64,000 bases of DNA from Candidatus Marinacidobacterales bacterium (GTDB taxonomy: Bacteria; Acidobacteriota; Vicinamibacteria; Marinacidobacterales; DATDRI01), in NCBI GenBank assembly GCA_965219415.1, contig CBDCNP010000002.1:192001-256000 (forward strand), given 5' to 3'. A program made the translations under genes and the position numbers. The notes beneath the pieces are model-generated. The model was not told where the DNA came from and ran no database searches. It saw only the letters and a list, made by a program, of their open reading frames with translations. This document shows, one piece after another, positions 62,939 through 64,000 of the stretch. Within the stretch, counting starts at the first letter, position 1, and each line of letters opens with the position of its first letter.

Positions 62939-63478
62939 ATGACGGCAAAAAGCCGAATCGTTCCCCCTGACGACCAGCTGACCAAGGTCGCGGCTCACAC
63001 GGTCTCGCGGCTGAAGCTCGGCGTATACGGAGCCCTGGTCGGCGTTCTGCTGGGCATCGTCAATACCTTCCTGGACGTCGACTTCACGCCTCGGCTCGCT
63101 CTTGCCGGCTGGCTCGTTGCCGCGATCATCTCGGTCGTCCTATTGCATGAAGGCACTCACGGAGCTGCGGCGACACTGCTCGGCCATCGGCCGATATTTG
63201 GTATTAAGCCTCCCCTCATCTACGTGACGTTCAACGAGAAGTTGCCGCGCTGGCATCTGATTGGCATCGCCGTCGCACCATTCATCCTCTTGAACGTCGT
63301 CTTCGCCGCATTCTACGCGGCGGAGCTTCTCAAGCTCTTTTCGGTCCTGTGCTTCGGGATCAACACGCTCGGGGCGACCGGAGATCTTTGGATTACGAGC
63401 AAGGTACTGGGCGCCGAACCTGGAACCTTCGTTCAAGACACCAAGACCGGAGTCGAGATCTGGAGTGTGCGTCAGTAA
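62939..63478 (+). CDS. DUF3267-like membrane zincin-motif protein
   Basis: HEGTHG, AP and N..GA.GD in a hydrophobic protein. Confidence 0.7.
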   Translation: MTAKSRIVPPDDQLTKVAAHTVSRLKLGVYGALVGVLLGIVNTFLDVDFTPRLALAGWLVAAIISVVLLHEGTHGAAATLLGHRPIFGIKPPLIYVTFNEKLPRWHLIGIAVAPFILLNVVFAAFYAAELLKLFSVLCFGINTLGATGDLWITSKVLGAEPGTFVQDTKTGVEIWSVRQ

Positions 63479-64000
63479 GGCGGAAGCAAACGGCGAAATC
63501 CGTGCAGCAGTACAATCGCGAGAAAGAGGAGATTACGGGGCAAGATACCGGGCCAAAAGAGCGCGACGGGGCCGTCCGATCCTCCGTCGCCCTTTTCCGG
63601 AAACTGTTTCGCCAGCTCGGAGGCCAGCCGTCTCATCCAGTGCACCGAGCGCGGCCAATCGACCAAACCTGAGATCCATTCCTTTGGGATGTTGGAGGCC
63701 CCCACGGTGGCCCCGGCCAACGCGCCCACGATAGCCGCGGTCGTATCGGTGTCGCCGCCGAGAGAAACGACCTCCTCGACGGCGCGGCGGAAATCGTTCG
63801 GGGACCGTAGCCAGCAAAAGAGGGCCGCCGGTACGGTGTGATTGATATAACCGGACACTCCCTTCCCTAGACCCAGATCGTCGGCGAATACGGTTGGGAG
63901 AGACTCTCGCTCCAAATGCTCCTCAATCTTCGCCGGAGCGGCTAGGAGCTCCCGACCTTCGACGCGCTCGCGCAGCCAAAAGAGAAACCGTTTGGGATCG
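63472..64000 (-). CDS. ADP-ribosylglycohydrolase family protein, 5' part outside the window
   Basis: GVSGY..HTVP, GGDTDTTAAIVGAL and IP..W. Confidence 0.88.
   Translation of the reverse strand, partial: DPKRFLFWLRERVEGRELLAAPAKIEEHLERESLPTVFADDLGLGKGVSGYINHTVPAALFCWLRSPNDFRRAVEEVVSLGGDTDTTAAIVGALAGATVGASNIPKEWISGLVDWPRSVHWMRRLASELAKQFPEKGDGGSDGPVALFWPGILPRNLLFLAIVLLHGFRRLLPPY

Overview
GC-rich bacterial chromosomal window. The Ser/Thr kinase-TolB fusion, PQQ-like propellers and the wealth of secreted peptidases suggest Acidobacteriota (Vicinamibacteria-like); this is an inference. It carries housekeeping genes (pheS, pheT, metG, nadE, gnd, pgl, arginase), many hydrolases and peptidases, an ABC-2 permease fused to an amidohydrolase, a KirBac channel, kptA, a DUF222-like/HNH gene and two different IS256-family elements. 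Roughly 20 genes carry frameshifts, small deletions or stops, which could be sequencing error or real decay. The most notable structure lies outside the ORF list. (1) An ~11.4 kb reciprocal inversion between TTTTCTCGAG (20136-20145) and CTCGAGAAAA (31551-31560) splits a TPR gene and a trypsin-like protease, with an IS256 sitting in one junction. (2) A ~340 bp inversion lies inside a gene at 58390-58732. (3) An ~850 bp non-coding region (3030-3870) holds two long G-U-containing RNA hairpins, a pair of 40-bp repeats and a sigma54-type promoter whose predicted start coincides with the base of one hairpin, a candidate enhancer-controlled sRNA locus. No rRNA, tRNA or CRISPR array was recognised.
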